Assembly (NCBI GenBank): GCA_963706005.1
Contig: CAVPLL010000002.1
Location: 150,148-214,147 of the forward strand
Direction: 5' to 3'
DNA: 64,000 nucleotides
DNA from: an uncultured Actinomycetes bacterium
GTDB lineage: Bacteria; Actinomycetota; UBA4738; HRBIN12
Positions 46,592-57,113 of this stretch are shown piece by piece (position 1 is the first letter of the stretch; each line of letters starts with the position of its first letter). The position numbers and the translations under genes are program-made. Under the pieces are notes generated by a model. That model did no database searches and was not told the origin of the DNA. It saw only the letters and a list, made by a program, of their open reading frames with translations.

Positions 46592-48124
46592 ATGGTACCG
46601 GTGGTGGTGGGGATCGTGGCGCTGGTCCTCGGCGTGGCGATCGGCTTCGTCATCCGACGAGCGGTCGCCAGGTCGCAGGCCGAGAGCGCCGAGAGCAGGG
46701 CGCAGAAGGTGATCCTGGAGGCCGAACGCGAGGCGGAGCGCCTCACCCGCGAGGCCCTGGTCGAAGCCAAGGACGAGATCGGAGCGCTCCGGCGCGAGTC
46801 CGAGGAGGATGTTCGGACCCGGCGCGAGGAGATCAAGCGGCAAGAGGAGCGGCTCACCCAGAAGGAGCGGGCCGTCGATCGCAAGGCGGACGAGGCCGAA
46901 CGGCGATCCGAGGAGCTGGACGACCGCGACCGCAAGCTCGCCCTGGTCCGCGAACAGCTCGAGCATTCGGCGACCCAGCACCGGGCGGCGCTCGAGAAGA
47001 TCGCGCGGCTCACGGCGTCCGAGGCCAAGGAGGCGCTCCGCACGCAGGTGGTCGACGAGGCCAAGCGCGAGGCGATGGCCACGGTGCGCGAGATCGAGCA
47101 GCGCGCGCGGGAGGAGGGCGAGGAGCGGGCGCGCAAGATCGTGACGATCGCGATCCAGCGCGTGGCGTCCGAGCAGACGAGCGAGTCGACCGTCTCGGTG
47201 TTCTCGCTACCGAGCGAGGACATGAAGGGCCGCATCATCGGCCGGGAGGGCCGGAACATCCGCGCGTTCGAGGCGACGACCGGCGTGAACCTCATCATCG
47301 ACGACACGCCGGAGGCCGTCGTGCTGTCGAGCTTCGACCCCGTCCGGCGCGAAACCGCCCGCCTCACGCTCGAGAAGCTCGTGCAGGACGGGCGGATCCA
47401 CCCGGCGCGGATCGAGGAGACGTACGAGCGCTCGCAGAAGGAGATCGACGAGCGGATCAAGCGTGCGGGCGAGGAGGCGGTGCTCGACACCGGGATCACC
47501 GACATGCACCCCGAGATGATCCGGCTGCTCGGGCGCCTGCAGTTCCGAACGTCCTACGGCCAGAACGTCCTCAAGCACCTCGTCGAGTCCGCGCACATCG
47601 CCGCGGCGATCGCGTCCGAGCTCGGGATCGATCCCACGATCCCGAAGCGGGGGGCGCTCCTGCACGACATCGGCAAGGCGGTGACGCACGAGGTCGAGGG
47701 GTCGCACGCGATCATCGGTGCCGAGATCGCCCGCCGGATGCGGGAGTCGCCCGAGGTCGTCCATTGCATCGAGTCCCACCACGGCGAGGTGGAGCAGCGG
47801 ACGATCGACGCCGTCGTGGCGCAGATCGCCGACGGGATCTCGGGTGGACGCCCGGGCGCGCGGCGCGAGAGCCTCGAGACCTACATCAAGCGGCTGGAGC
47901 GGCTCGAGGAGATCTGCACGAGCTACCCGGGGGTCGAGAAGGTGTACGCGATGCAGGCCGGCCGGGAGGTCCGCGTGATGGTCAAGCCCGAGGACGTCGA
48001 CGACCTCTCGGCGCAGGTCATGGCCCGCGACATCGCCAAGCAGGTCGAGGAGGAGCTGCAGTACCCCGGGCAGATCAAGATCACGGTCGTGCGCGAGACC
48101 CGTTCGGTCGAGTACGCCAAGTGA
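46592..48124 (+). CDS. rny: Ribonuclease Y
   Basis: N-terminal TM helix, long coiled-coil, KH (GRIIGREGRNIRAFE), HD domain (LHDIGKA..HH). Confidence 0.9.
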   Translation: MVPVVVGIVALVLGVAIGFVIRRAVARSQAESAESRAQKVILEAEREAERLTREALVEAKDEIGALRRESEEDVRTRREEIKRQEERLTQKERAVDRKADEAERRSEELDDRDRKLALVREQLEHSATQHRAALEKIARLTASEAKEALRTQVVDEAKREAMATVREIEQRAREEGEERARKIVTIAIQRVASEQTSESTVSVFSLPSEDMKGRIIGREGRNIRAFEATTGVNLIIDDTPEAVVLSSFDPVRRETARLTLEKLVQDGRIHPARIEETYERSQKEIDERIKRAGEEAVLDTGITDMHPEMIRLLGRLQFRTSYGQNVLKHLVESAHIAAAIASELGIDPTIPKRGALLHDIGKAVTHEVEGSHAIIGAEIARRMRESPEVVHCIESHHGEVEQRTIDAVVAQIADGISGGRPGARRESLETYIKRLERLEEICTSYPGVEKVYAMQAGREVRVMVKPEDVDDLSAQVMARDIAKQVEEELQYPGQIKITVVRETRSVEYAK

Positions 48125-48151
48125 CCCGCGGCCGAGGGTAGCCTGGGGCCC

Positions 48152-49552
48152 ATGACCGAGCGGCGGTACCTGCTCCGCACCTTCGGGTGCCAGATGAACG
48201 AGCACGACTCGGAGCGGATCGCCGGGCTGCTCACCGCGGACGGGTACGTCGCGACCGAGGACGCCACCGGCGCGGACGTCGTCGTGTTCAACACGTGCGC
48301 GATCCGCGAGAACGCGGACAACCGCCTCTACGGCAACCTCGGCCATCTCCGGCCGCTCAAGCAGGCGAACCCGCGGATGCGGGTCGTGGTGGCCGGGTGC
48401 CTCGCGCAGAAGGACGGCGGGACGATCCTGCGACGCGCACCGTGGGTGGACGTCGTGGTCGGCACCCACGCCCTGCCCGAGCTGCTGGACCTGCTGCACC
48501 GGTCCGAGACCGAGGGACCACGGCTCGACGTCCGCGAGCAGACCGAGGTCTTCCCGAGCGCGCTGCCGGCGCTCCGCGAGGTGGCGCACCACGCGTGGGT
48601 CTCGATCGCCGTGGGATGCGACAACGCGTGCACGTTCTGCATCGTGCCGCTCGTCCGCGGCCCGCAGCTGTCGCGTTCGATCGGCGACGTGCTGGCCGAG
48701 GTGCAGAGCCTCGCGCGTCGCGGCGTCGTCGAGATCACGCTGCTCGGACAGAACGTGAACACGTACGGCCGCGACCTCACCGTGCCCGACTCGCCGCGCC
48801 GGCCCCTGTTCGCCGACCTGCTCCGGGCGGTGAACGACGTCGACGGCATCCGCCGGATCCGGTTCACGAGCCCGCACCCGCACGACTTCACACCCGACGT
48901 GATCGACGCGATGGCCCAGAGCGACAAGGTGTGCGAGCACATCCACTTCCCGCTCCAATCGGGTTCGGACCGCGTGCTCCAGGCGATGCAGCGCTCGTAC
49001 CGCCGGGAGCGCTACCTCGGGTGGCTCGAGCGGATCCGCTCCGCGATCCCCGACATCGCGGTGAGCACCGACATCATCGTCGGTTTCCCCGGCGAGACGG
49101 AGGAGGACTTCGCGGACACGCTCGACGCCGTCCGGCGCGCACGGTTCGACCAGGCGTACACGTTCCAGTACTCGCCACGCCCCGGCACGCGGGCGGCCGG
49201 GATGGACGGGCAACTCGACAAGGCGGTCGTCCAGGGGCGGTTCGAGCGGCTGGTCGCGCTCCAGGAGGCGATCGCCCTCGAGCGCATGCGCGCACAGGTC
49301 GGCTCGTCGGTCGAGGTGCTGATCGAGGGCACCGGCCGCAAGGGCGGCGCGCAGGGGCGGACCCGGGGCAACCGTGTGGTCCACCTCGACGGCGAGTACG
49401 CGCCCGGTACGTTCCTCCGGGCTCGGATCGTCGGGGCGCACCCGCATCACCTGGACGGCGAGCTCGTGGGGGGTCCGGGGGACTCAAGGAGCGAGCGCGC
49501 ACGCGCGAGCGGTAGCCCCCCGGAACGACGGGAGCCGACCGCCGTCGGCTGA
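48152..49552 (+). CDS. miaB: tRNA (i6A37) methylthiotransferase MiaB
   Basis: [12 protein letters not shown]. Radical-SAM motif [15 protein letters not shown] domain. Its stop overlaps the miaA ATG (TGATG). Confidence 0.9.
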   Translation: MTERRYLLRTFGCQMNEHDSERIAGLLTADGYVATEDATGADVVVFNTCAIRENADNRLYGNLGHLRPLKQANPRMRVVVAGCLAQKDGGTILRRAPWVDVVVGTHALPELLDLLHRSETEGPRLDVREQTEVFPSALPALREVAHHAWVSIAVGCDNACTFCIVPLVRGPQLSRSIGDVLAEVQSLARRGVVEITLLGQNVNTYGRDLTVPDSPRRPLFADLLRAVNDVDGIRRIRFTSPHPHDFTPDVIDAMAQSDKVCEHIHFPLQSGSDRVLQAMQRSYRRERYLGWLERIRSAIPDIAVSTDIIVGFPGETEEDFADTLDAVRRARFDQAYTFQYSPRPGTRAAGMDGQLDKAVVQGRFERLVALQEAIALERMRAQVGSSVEVLIEGTGRKGGAQGRTRGNRVVHLDGEYAPGTFLRARIVGAHPHHLDGELVGGPGDSRSERARASGSPPERREPTAVG

Positions 49553-50490
49553 TGGCCCCCCGCGACGGCTCCGCGGCCGAACCACCGCTCCTCGCGCTCG
49601 TCGGTCCCACCGCCACGGGCAAGACGCGTGCAGGGATCGACGTCGCCGAGCGCCTCGGCGCCGAGATCGTGTCGGTCGACTCGATGCTCGTGTACCGCGG
49701 GATGGACGTCGGCACCGCGAAGCCGACGCCCCCCGAACGCGCCCGGGTCCCGCACCACCTGCTCGACGTCGCCGAGCCCTCCGAGCCCTTCAGCGTCGCC
49801 CGGTACCAGGAGCTCGCGGTCGAAGCGATCCGCGGGATCCGTTCACGCGGCCGGCGGGTCCTGTTGGTGGGCGGGTCGGCATTGTACGAGCGGGCCGTGG
49901 TCGACGAGCTCGGGTTCCCGGGGACCGACCCGGGAGCCCGCCAGACGCTGGAGGCCGAGGCCGCCGCGGTCGGCGCCGCGGGCCTCCACGAGCGGCTCGC
50001 CGCATCCGACCCCGACGCCGCCGCCAAGATCGAGCCGGGCAACGTCCGGCGCACCGTCCGCGCGCTCGAGGTCGCGGAGCTCACCGGGAAGCCGTTCTCG
50101 AGCTTCGCCGGGGGCTGGGAGACCTACGACCCGGGCCGCGTCCGGGCGGCCGGGATCTGGATGGCGGCCCCGGCGCTCCAAGGTCGGATCGAGTCCCGGG
50201 TCGCCGAGATGCTGAACCACGGATGGCTCGAGGAGGTCCGCTCGCTCGTCGAACGCGGCTTCGGTGACTGGCTCACTTCGGCCCAGGCCATCGGGTACGC
50301 TGAGATGGCCCGTCACCTCGCCGGCGAGCTCGCGCTCGACGAGGCGGTCGCGGGCACGGTGAAGCGCACGAGGGCGCTCGCGCGCCGGCAGCTCGCCTTC
50401 TTCCGGCGGGACCCCAGGATCCGCTGGTTCGAGGCGGGGGAGACCGGAGCCGAGCCGTTCGTCGAGGACGTCGTCGCGTACCTGTCGTGA
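49552..50490 (+). CDS. miaA: tRNA dimethylallyltransferase
   Basis: LVGPTATGKT P-loop. SVDSMLVYRGMDVGTAKPT. Confidence 0.9.
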   Translation: MAPRDGSAAEPPLLALVGPTATGKTRAGIDVAERLGAEIVSVDSMLVYRGMDVGTAKPTPPERARVPHHLLDVAEPSEPFSVARYQELAVEAIRGIRSRGRRVLLVGGSALYERAVVDELGFPGTDPGARQTLEAEAAAVGAAGLHERLAASDPDAAAKIEPGNVRRTVRALEVAELTGKPFSSFAGGWETYDPGRVRAAGIWMAAPALQGRIESRVAEMLNHGWLEEVRSLVERGFGDWLTSAQAIGYAEMARHLAGELALDEAVAGTVKRTRALARRQLAFFRRDPRIRWFEAGETGAEPFVEDVVAYLS

Positions 50491-50508
50491 GGACCTGGGA
50501 GACCGCGG

Positions 50509-51376
50509 ATGGATGAGCTCCGGTTCTGGAAGTACCACGGGACGGGCAACGACTTCGTCCTGATCGAGGACGTCGCGGGGCGCCTGGAGGTCGGCGAGGA
50601 GCTGGCGCGACGCCTGTGCGACCGCCGGTTCGGGATCGGGGCCGACGGCGTGATCCGGGTCGCGCCCGTCCGCCGAGGCCGACTTCTTCATGGACCATCG
50701 CAACTCCGACGGCAGCCTCGCCCAGATGTGCGGCAACGGGATCAGGTGCCTCGGCAAGCTGGTGTTCGACCGAGGCCTGATCGATCGCACCGAGATCCGC
50801 GTCGACACGCGCTCGGGCGTCAAGACGCTCGCGCTCCGCGTTCGGGACGGCGCCGTCGACTCGGTCACGGTCGGGATGGGGCCGGCGCGGTTCGCGCGCG
50901 GCACGCTGCCGATGGCGGGCGACCCGGCGGAGCCGTTCGTCGCCGAGCCGTTCGAGGTCGACGGCCGCAGCTACAAGGCGACCGCGGTCTCGATGGGCAA
51001 CCCGCACCTCGTGCTGTTCGTCGAGGAGGACCCCGACGACGTCGACGTCCACCGGATCGGCCCGCTGGTCGAGCATGACGAGCGCTTCCCCGAGCGGACG
51101 AACGTCGAGTTCGTCGCCGTCCAGGGCGACGGTGTGAAGGTTCGGGTGTGGGAGCGCGGCGCCGGGGAGACGATGGCGTGCGGCACGGGCGCCTGCGCTG
51201 CGGTCGTCGCAGCCAACGAGGCGGGGCTGGTCCCCGCGAAGGCGCCGGCCCTGTTCCCCGGCGGGGTCCTGGAGATCGAGCGGCTCCCCGAGGACGAGGT
51301 CTTGCTCACCGGTCCCGCCGTCCGCGTGGCCGAGGGCGTCGTGGACCCGGCGTGGCTGGAGGCGGTCGGCCGGTGA
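50509..51376 (+). pseudogene. dapF: Diaminopimelate epimerase, split by one extra base (or a sequencing indel)
   Basis: FWKYHGTGNDFVLIED..GIGADGVIRVAP is in frame 1. SAEADFFMDHRNSDGSLAQMCGNGIRC..ACGTGACA is in frame 2. The span is 868 nt = 3n+1. The join is at GCGCCCGTCC, around 50663-50672. Confidence 0.85.
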
Positions 51377-52527
51377 GGATCGCCAGGCGAGTCGAGGCAC
51401 TGCCGCCCTACCTGTTCGCCGAGCTCGATCGGAAGCTCGCGGCCAAGCGCGCGGAGGGCGTCGACGTGATCTCGCTCGGCGTGGGCGACCCGGACCTACC
51501 GACACCCGGGCACGTCGTCGAGGCGATGCGCGAGGCGGTGCTCGACCCGTCGACCCACCGGTACCCGAGTTACTACGGCTCGCCCGAGTTCCGCCAGGCG
51601 GTCGCCGACTGGTACGGCCGGCGGTTCGGCGTGCAGCTCGACCCCGAGACCGAGGTGATGGCGCTGATCGGCTCGAAGGAGGGCATCGGCCACATCGCGT
51701 TCGCGTTCGTCGACCCGGGCGACGAGGCGCTGATCCCCGATCCCGGCTACCCCGTCTACGGCGTCTCGACGCGGCTCGCGGGCGGGACGCCCGTGTCCCT
51801 CCCGATGCCGGAGGACGGGGGCTTCCTCCCGGACCTCGGGTCCGCGACCGTGAGCGACCGGACGAAGGTCTTGTGGCTGAACTTCCCGAGCAACCCGACC
51901 GCCGCGGTCGCGGACCTCGCGACGTTCGAGCTCGCGACCGCGTTCGCGCGCGAGCACGACCTGCTGCTGCTGCACGACGCCGCGTACACCGAGATCACGT
52001 TCGACGGCTACGTCGCGCCGTCGGTCCTGCAGGCAGCCGGCGCCAAGGAGGTCGCGCTCGAGTTCGGCTCGGCATCGAAGTCGTACAACATGACCGGCTG
52101 GCGGATCGGCTGGGTCGCGGGCTCGGCCGAAGCGATCCGCGCGCTCGGCGTCGTCAAGACCAACCTCGACAGCGGGCAGTCCACGGCGATCCAGCGCGCG
52201 GCGATCACGGCGCTCGACGAGCCGCCCGAGCGTCTCGAGGAGCTCTGCGCGACGTACCAGCGCCGGCGTGACCTCGTGGTCGGCACGCTGAACGGGCTCG
52301 GGTGGTCGCTCAAGCCGCCGCTCGGCTCGTGCTACGTCTGGGCGCCGGTGCCGCAGGGCGAGACGTCCGCGTCGTTCGCCGACGGGCTGCTCGACCGGAC
52401 CGGCGTGTTCGTCGCACCCGGGAACGGCTACGGCGCACTCGGCGAGGGGTACGTCCGCTTCTCGCTCACGGTCCCCGACGACCGACTGGCCGAGGCGATG
52501 GATCGCGTCGCCCGGGCGCTCGCGTGA
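51373..52527 (+). CDS. dapL: Class I/II PLP aminotransferase, LL-diaminopimelate aminotransferase-like
   Basis: LPPYLFAELDRKLAAKRAEGVDVISLGVGDPDLPTP, SKSYNMTGWRIG (PLP Lys). The GTG overlaps the dapF stop (GTGA). Specificity is inferred from similarity pattern and adjacency only. Confidence 0.65.
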   Translation: MRIARRVEALPPYLFAELDRKLAAKRAEGVDVISLGVGDPDLPTPGHVVEAMREAVLDPSTHRYPSYYGSPEFRQAVADWYGRRFGVQLDPETEVMALIGSKEGIGHIAFAFVDPGDEALIPDPGYPVYGVSTRLAGGTPVSLPMPEDGGFLPDLGSATVSDRTKVLWLNFPSNPTAAVADLATFELATAFAREHDLLLLHDAAYTEITFDGYVAPSVLQAAGAKEVALEFGSASKSYNMTGWRIGWVAGSAEAIRALGVVKTNLDSGQSTAIQRAAITALDEPPERLEELCATYQRRRDLVVGTLNGLGWSLKPPLGSCYVWAPVPQGETSASFADGLLDRTGVFVAPGNGYGALGEGYVRFSLTVPDDRLAEAMDRVARALA

Positions 52528-52537
52528 CGGCCCCCTG

Positions 52538-53894
52538 ATGGCGCAGGACGGACGTCGGAGGCCGCGCGGGACCCACGAGACCAGCACGCTCGAGTCGCCG
52601 CTCGCGGCGACCTGGCGACCGCGCGTCCCCGAGAAGGCGGTGCTGGTCGGCGTCGGCCGCGGGATCGAGGAGGCCGACCTGGACGAGCTCGCGGCGCTCG
52701 CGGATTCGGCGGGGGCGGAGCCGGTGGAGCGCGTGCTCCAGACCCGCCAGGACCCGAACCCGGCCACGTTCGTCGGCAAGGGCAAGATCAACGAGGTGCA
52801 CGATGCGGTGCATCGCAGCGGCGCGGAGGCCGTGATCCTCGACGACGAGCTCACGCCCGGCCAGCTCCGCAACCTGGAAGAGCGGCTGAAGGTCAAGGTG
52901 ATCGACCGGACCGCGCTGATCCTCGACATCTTCGCGCTGCACGCGCGGAGCCGCGAGGGCAAGGCGCAGGTCGAGCTCGCGCAGCTCACGTACCTGTTGC
53001 CGAGGTTGCGCGGCTGGGGCGAGGCGATGAGTCGGCTCGGCGGCGGGATCGGCACCCGCGGACCCGGCGAGACCAAGCTCGAGATGGATCGGCAGCACAT
53101 CACGCGGCGCATCTCGAAGCTCCGCAAGGACCTGAAGGACCTCGCGCGCACGCGCGACGTGAAGCGCTCGAGCCGCGAGCGTTCCGGCATCCCGCAGGTC
53201 GCGATCACCGGCTACACGAACGCCGGGAAGTCGACGCTGATGAACGCGCTCACGGCGCTCGGACGTGGTGGTCGCGAACCAGCTCTTCGCGACGCTCGAC
53301 CCGACCGTGCGGAAGATCGACCTACCGTCGGGGCGGGCTGCCACGATCTCAGACACCGTCGGGTTCGTGAGCAAGCTCCCGCACGAGCTGGTGGAGGCGT
53401 TCCGCTCGACGCTCGAGGAGGTCGCGCGGTCGACGCTGATCGTCCACGTCGCCGACGCCTCCTCGCCCGAGGTGATCGAGCAGATCGACGCGGTCCGGGT
53501 GGTGCTCGCCGAGATCGGGGCGGTGCACATCCCGGAGGTGTTGGCGCTCAACAAGGTGGATCGGCTCTCCGAGACCCAACGCGCGCGCGTCCGGTCGCGC
53601 ATCGACGATGATGCGGTGGCGATCAGCGCGCGCACCGGCGAGGGCCTCGAGGAGCTGATGGGGCGGATCGAGCGCTCGCTCCCACGCTTCCCGATGGAGG
53701 TGACGATCCTGGTGCCGTGGGGACGCGAGGACGTGACCGCGATGCTGCATCGCAACGCGGAGGTACTGTCCGAGGACGCGCGCGAGGACGGCACCCTGGT
53801 CCACGCGCGCGTGGGCGAGCGGGAGTTCGCCACCGTCGCGCCGTTCCGGGTCCAGACCCCCGAGGCGTCGTCCGTGGACCGCGCCGCGGGCTGA
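52538..53894 (+). pseudogene. hflX: GTPase HflX, split by one extra base (or a sequencing indel)
   Basis: The N-terminal HflX domain and G1 motif GYTNAGKSTLMNALT are in frame 2. SDVVVANQLFATLDPT..DTVGF..NKVD is in frame 0. The span is 1357 nt = 3n+1. The join is at 53252-53262. Confidence 0.85.
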
Positions 53895-53923
53895 GGACCG
53901 CACGCTCGGGTAGCCTCCGCGGC

Positions 53924-54937
53924 GTGCGGATCGGGATCCACGTCGGTCACTGGGAGGGGCGACCTCACGACGTCGCCGAGCTCGCCGTCGAAGCCGAGCG
54001 GGCGGGGTTCGACTCCGTCTGGACGTCCGAGACGTGGGGTTCGGACGCGGCGGTGCTGCTCGCATGGATCGCGGCCCACACCGAGCGGATCGGGCTCGGC
54101 GCCGGTGTGCTGCAGATGCCGGCACGGTCGCCGGCCGCGGCCGCGATGGCGGCGCTCACGCTCGACCACCTGAGCGGCGGTCGGATGCGGCTGGGGCTCG
54201 GCGTCTCGGGACCGCAGGTCGCCGAGGGCTGGCACGGTGCGCCGTTCGACGGACCGATCGCACGGACGCGCGAGTACGTCGACATCGTCCGCAGCGTCTT
54301 GCGGCGGGATGCCCCGGTGACCTCGCCGGGTCCGAACTACCCGCTGCCGCTCCCCGGCGGGCGGGGCAAGGCGTTGAAACCCAACGTGCGACCGCTCCGT
54401 TCGGACGTTCCCATCTACCTCGCCGCGATTGGTCCGCGGAACGTCGCGCTCGCCGCCGAGATCGCCGAGGGCTGGATCCCGTTCCTGTACTCGCCCGAGC
54501 AGCCGATGGCGTTCGCCGAGGCGCTGGCCGAGGGTTCCCGCAGACGCACGCCGGGGCTTCGGGACCTCGACGTCGCGCCGATGGTGCCGGTCGCGTTCGA
54601 CCCGGATCTCGCCACTTGCAGGGACCAGCTCCGGCCGCTGCTCGCGCTGTACGCCGGCGGGATGGGGTCGGCCGGCGCGAACTTCTACAAGGACCTCGTG
54701 ACCCGCTACGGGTTCGGCGAGGCCGCGGACGCGATCCAGGAGGCCTTCCTCGACGGGCGGCGGAGCGAGGCGGCCGGGCTCGTCCCCGACGCGATGATCG
54801 ACGAGCTCTGTCTGGTCGGGTCGGTCGAGCACGTCCGCGAGCGTCTCGACGCGTGGAGGGCGGCCGGGGTGACGACGCTGCTCGCGAAGGCCGGCGACGT
54901 TCGGACGGTTCGTGCGCTCGCCGAGGCGGCCGCGTGA
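53924..54937 (+). CDS. Luciferase-like monooxygenase family (LLM class) F420-dependent-type oxidoreductase
   Basis: VRIGIHVG..AERAGFDSVWTSE..GGRMRLGLGVSGPQV pattern. Its stop overlaps the next GTG (GTGA). Confidence 0.7.
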   Translation: MRIGIHVGHWEGRPHDVAELAVEAERAGFDSVWTSETWGSDAAVLLAWIAAHTERIGLGAGVLQMPARSPAAAAMAALTLDHLSGGRMRLGLGVSGPQVAEGWHGAPFDGPIARTREYVDIVRSVLRRDAPVTSPGPNYPLPLPGGRGKALKPNVRPLRSDVPIYLAAIGPRNVALAAEIAEGWIPFLYSPEQPMAFAEALAEGSRRRTPGLRDLDVAPMVPVAFDPDLATCRDQLRPLLALYAGGMGSAGANFYKDLVTRYGFGEAADAIQEAFLDGRRSEAAGLVPDAMIDELCLVGSVEHVRERLDAWRAAGVTTLLAKAGDVRTVRALAEAAA

Positions 54938-56067
54938 GCGAGCTCGACCGCGACCTGGTCGCCCTCGCGCACGACTTCGCCGAGCGCGAGATCCGTCCGG
55001 TCGCGCGCCACCACGACGAGACGGAAGAGTTCCCGTGGGACGTCTACCGCAAGGCGGCCGGCGTCGGGCTCACCTGCTACGACCTGCCCGAGGCCTTCGG
55101 CGGAGGAGGGGTCGAGAGCGTCCTCACCCAGTGCCTGATCGCGGAGGAGCTCTCGTGGGGCGACGGCCCGATCGCCAACGCCGTCACGAGCAACGGCTTC
55201 TTCGCCGGGCCGATCCTGGAGATGGGGACCGACGAGCAGCGGGAGCGCTGGGTGCGTCCGCTCACGGGCGCCGAGCCGCCGCTCTGCGGCCTCGCGATCA
55301 CCGAGCCGGAGGCGGGCTCGGACGCGTCGGCGATCGCGACGCGCGCGGAGCTCGAGGGCGACACGTACCGGTTGAACGGCCGCAAGACCTGGATCTCGGG
55401 CGCGCCGCTCGCCGAGTGGTACCTGGTGTTCGCGACGGTCGCGCCCGGCACGCGGTCGAAGGGCATCACGGCGTTCGTCGTGGAGCGCGGCGACGAGGGC
55501 TTCGCTCTCGGCGAGACGATCCCGAAGCTCGGGAGCCGCTGCTACCCGGCCGGCGAGCTCTTCCTGCAGGACTGCGTCCTGCCGGCGGACCGGCGGATCG
55601 GCGACGAGGGCGCGGGGTTCCGAGGGCTGCTCCGCTGGTTCGAGCAGACCAGGGTGACCCTCGCCGCGGGCGCGATCGGGATCGGCCGGGCGGCGCTCGA
55701 GTACGCGGTCGGCTACGCGAAGGAGCGCGAGGCGTTCGGGAGCAAGATCCACGAGTTCCAGGCCGTCTCGTTCCGGCTCGTCGACGCGCGGACGCGCCTG
55801 GACCAGGCGCGGCTCATGACCCATCACGCCGCGCGCCTGGCCGACGCGGGGGAGCCGTTCGGCACCGAGTCCTCGATGGCCAAGCTCGCGGCCTCGGAGG
55901 CGGCGTGGTTCGCGGCGTGGGCGGCCGTGCAGACGCTCGGCGGGTGGGGCTACTCGCGCGAGTACCCGGTCGAGAAGTGGCTCCGCGACGCCAAGCTCGA
56001 GGAGATCTGGGAGGGCACGAGCGACATCCAGCGCCTGATCATCGCCCGGGCCATGTTCGGGGACTGA
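54934..56067 (+). CDS. Acyl-CoA dehydrogenase
   Basis: ITEPEAGSDA, TWISGA, and the C-terminal EIWEGTSDIQRLIIAR motif. Confidence 0.85.
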   Translation: MSELDRDLVALAHDFAEREIRPVARHHDETEEFPWDVYRKAAGVGLTCYDLPEAFGGGGVESVLTQCLIAEELSWGDGPIANAVTSNGFFAGPILEMGTDEQRERWVRPLTGAEPPLCGLAITEPEAGSDASAIATRAELEGDTYRLNGRKTWISGAPLAEWYLVFATVAPGTRSKGITAFVVERGDEGFALGETIPKLGSRCYPAGELFLQDCVLPADRRIGDEGAGFRGLLRWFEQTRVTLAAGAIGIGRAALEYAVGYAKEREAFGSKIHEFQAVSFRLVDARTRLDQARLMTHHAARLADAGEPFGTESSMAKLAASEAAWFAAWAAVQTLGGWGYSREYPVEKWLRDAKLEEIWEGTSDIQRLIIARAMFGD

Positions 56068-56071
56068 CCCG

Positions 56072-57055
56072 TCAGGGGCCGGGCGAGCCGATCGCCCAGA
56101 GTCCCGGGTCGTCCCACGGACCCTCGATCGCGACATCCGGGTTCTGACCGCGTTCGAGGGCGTACCGGAGCGCGAGGATCTGCAGCCGGACCGTGAGCGG
56201 GATCTGCTCGAGCGGCGACGGGAGGTCGGCCGGCTCCTCGACCCGGGTGACCGGGATACCGACCGCTCGCGCGGCGTCCTCGACGCCGGCGGTGAGCCCC
56301 TGCGATTCCGGCGGCACGAGCGTCACCAGGTGGTCGGACGCGTTCAGCGGGACGGCGTGGCCGTGGAGCAGGTACTCGACGTCGTAGCCCTCGGCGGGCA
56401 AGCGCGCCGCCTCGCGGACCTTGAGGGCACCCTCGCGCGCGCTCACGGACGCGGGACCCTCGCCGGTCAGCACCAACAGGCGTTCGGGCCGCGCGATCCC
56501 CTCCGTTCCAGGCTCATCGATCGCGGCCCAGACCGCGGCCGGTACGCGCGCGAGCACGTCCGGCGCGTACGCCTCGGCTCCCAGCCCGTGGGCGAGCCGC
56601 GCGAGTTGCACCAGCGCCGCCGTGTAGCTCGCGGTGTAGGTGTGCGAGGTCTCCTTGTCGACGGTCTCGATCGCGTCGGGCAGCGAACCGCCGCGACGGG
56701 TGATCGGCACGACGGGTAGGCCGGCCCGCGTCGCCTTCGTCCACACGGCGCCCGCGAACGGGGTCTCCGCACCCGCGTTGTGGCTGATCAGGATCACCCC
56801 GTCGCCCTCGGCGAACGGCGGCCGGTTCGCGAAGGGCATCGAGCTCATCGGGTGCGCGGCGCGTCCGGCCTCCTGCAGCATCAGTGCGCCGAGCTCGGCC
56901 GCGTGCTGGCTCGTGCCGGTGCCCACCAGCCAGATCCGACGCACGACCCGGAGGCGTTCGACGGCCGATGCCGGGATCGGTTCGGCCAGGACCGACTCGA
57001 GCTGCTCGGGCTGGGAGACGATCTGTCGTTCGAGCGCCGTGCCGGGATCGGGCAA
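56072..57055 (-). CDS. SIS-domain sugar-phosphate isomerase/deglycase-like protein (two SIS repeats, no amidotransferase domain)
   Basis: RIWLVGTGTSQHAA and VILISHNAGAE SIS motifs. Confidence 0.7.
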   Translation of the reverse strand: MPDPGTALERQIVSQPEQLESVLAEPIPASAVERLRVVRRIWLVGTGTSQHAAELGALMLQEAGRAAHPMSSMPFANRPPFAEGDGVILISHNAGAETPFAGAVWTKATRAGLPVVPITRRGGSLPDAIETVDKETSHTYTASYTAALVQLARLAHGLGAEAYAPDVLARVPAAVWAAIDEPGTEGIARPERLLVLTGEGPASVSAREGALKVREAARLPAEGYDVEYLLHGHAVPLNASDHLVTLVPPESQGLTAGVEDAARAVGIPVTRVEEPADLPSPLEQIPLTVRLQILALRYALERGQNPDVAIEGPWDDPGLWAIGSPGP

Positions 57056-57113
57056 GGGGACCCTCCGCGTCGTCCGGCGAGCCTAGAGCACGTCGCTCCG
57101 AGGCGCGAACGGG

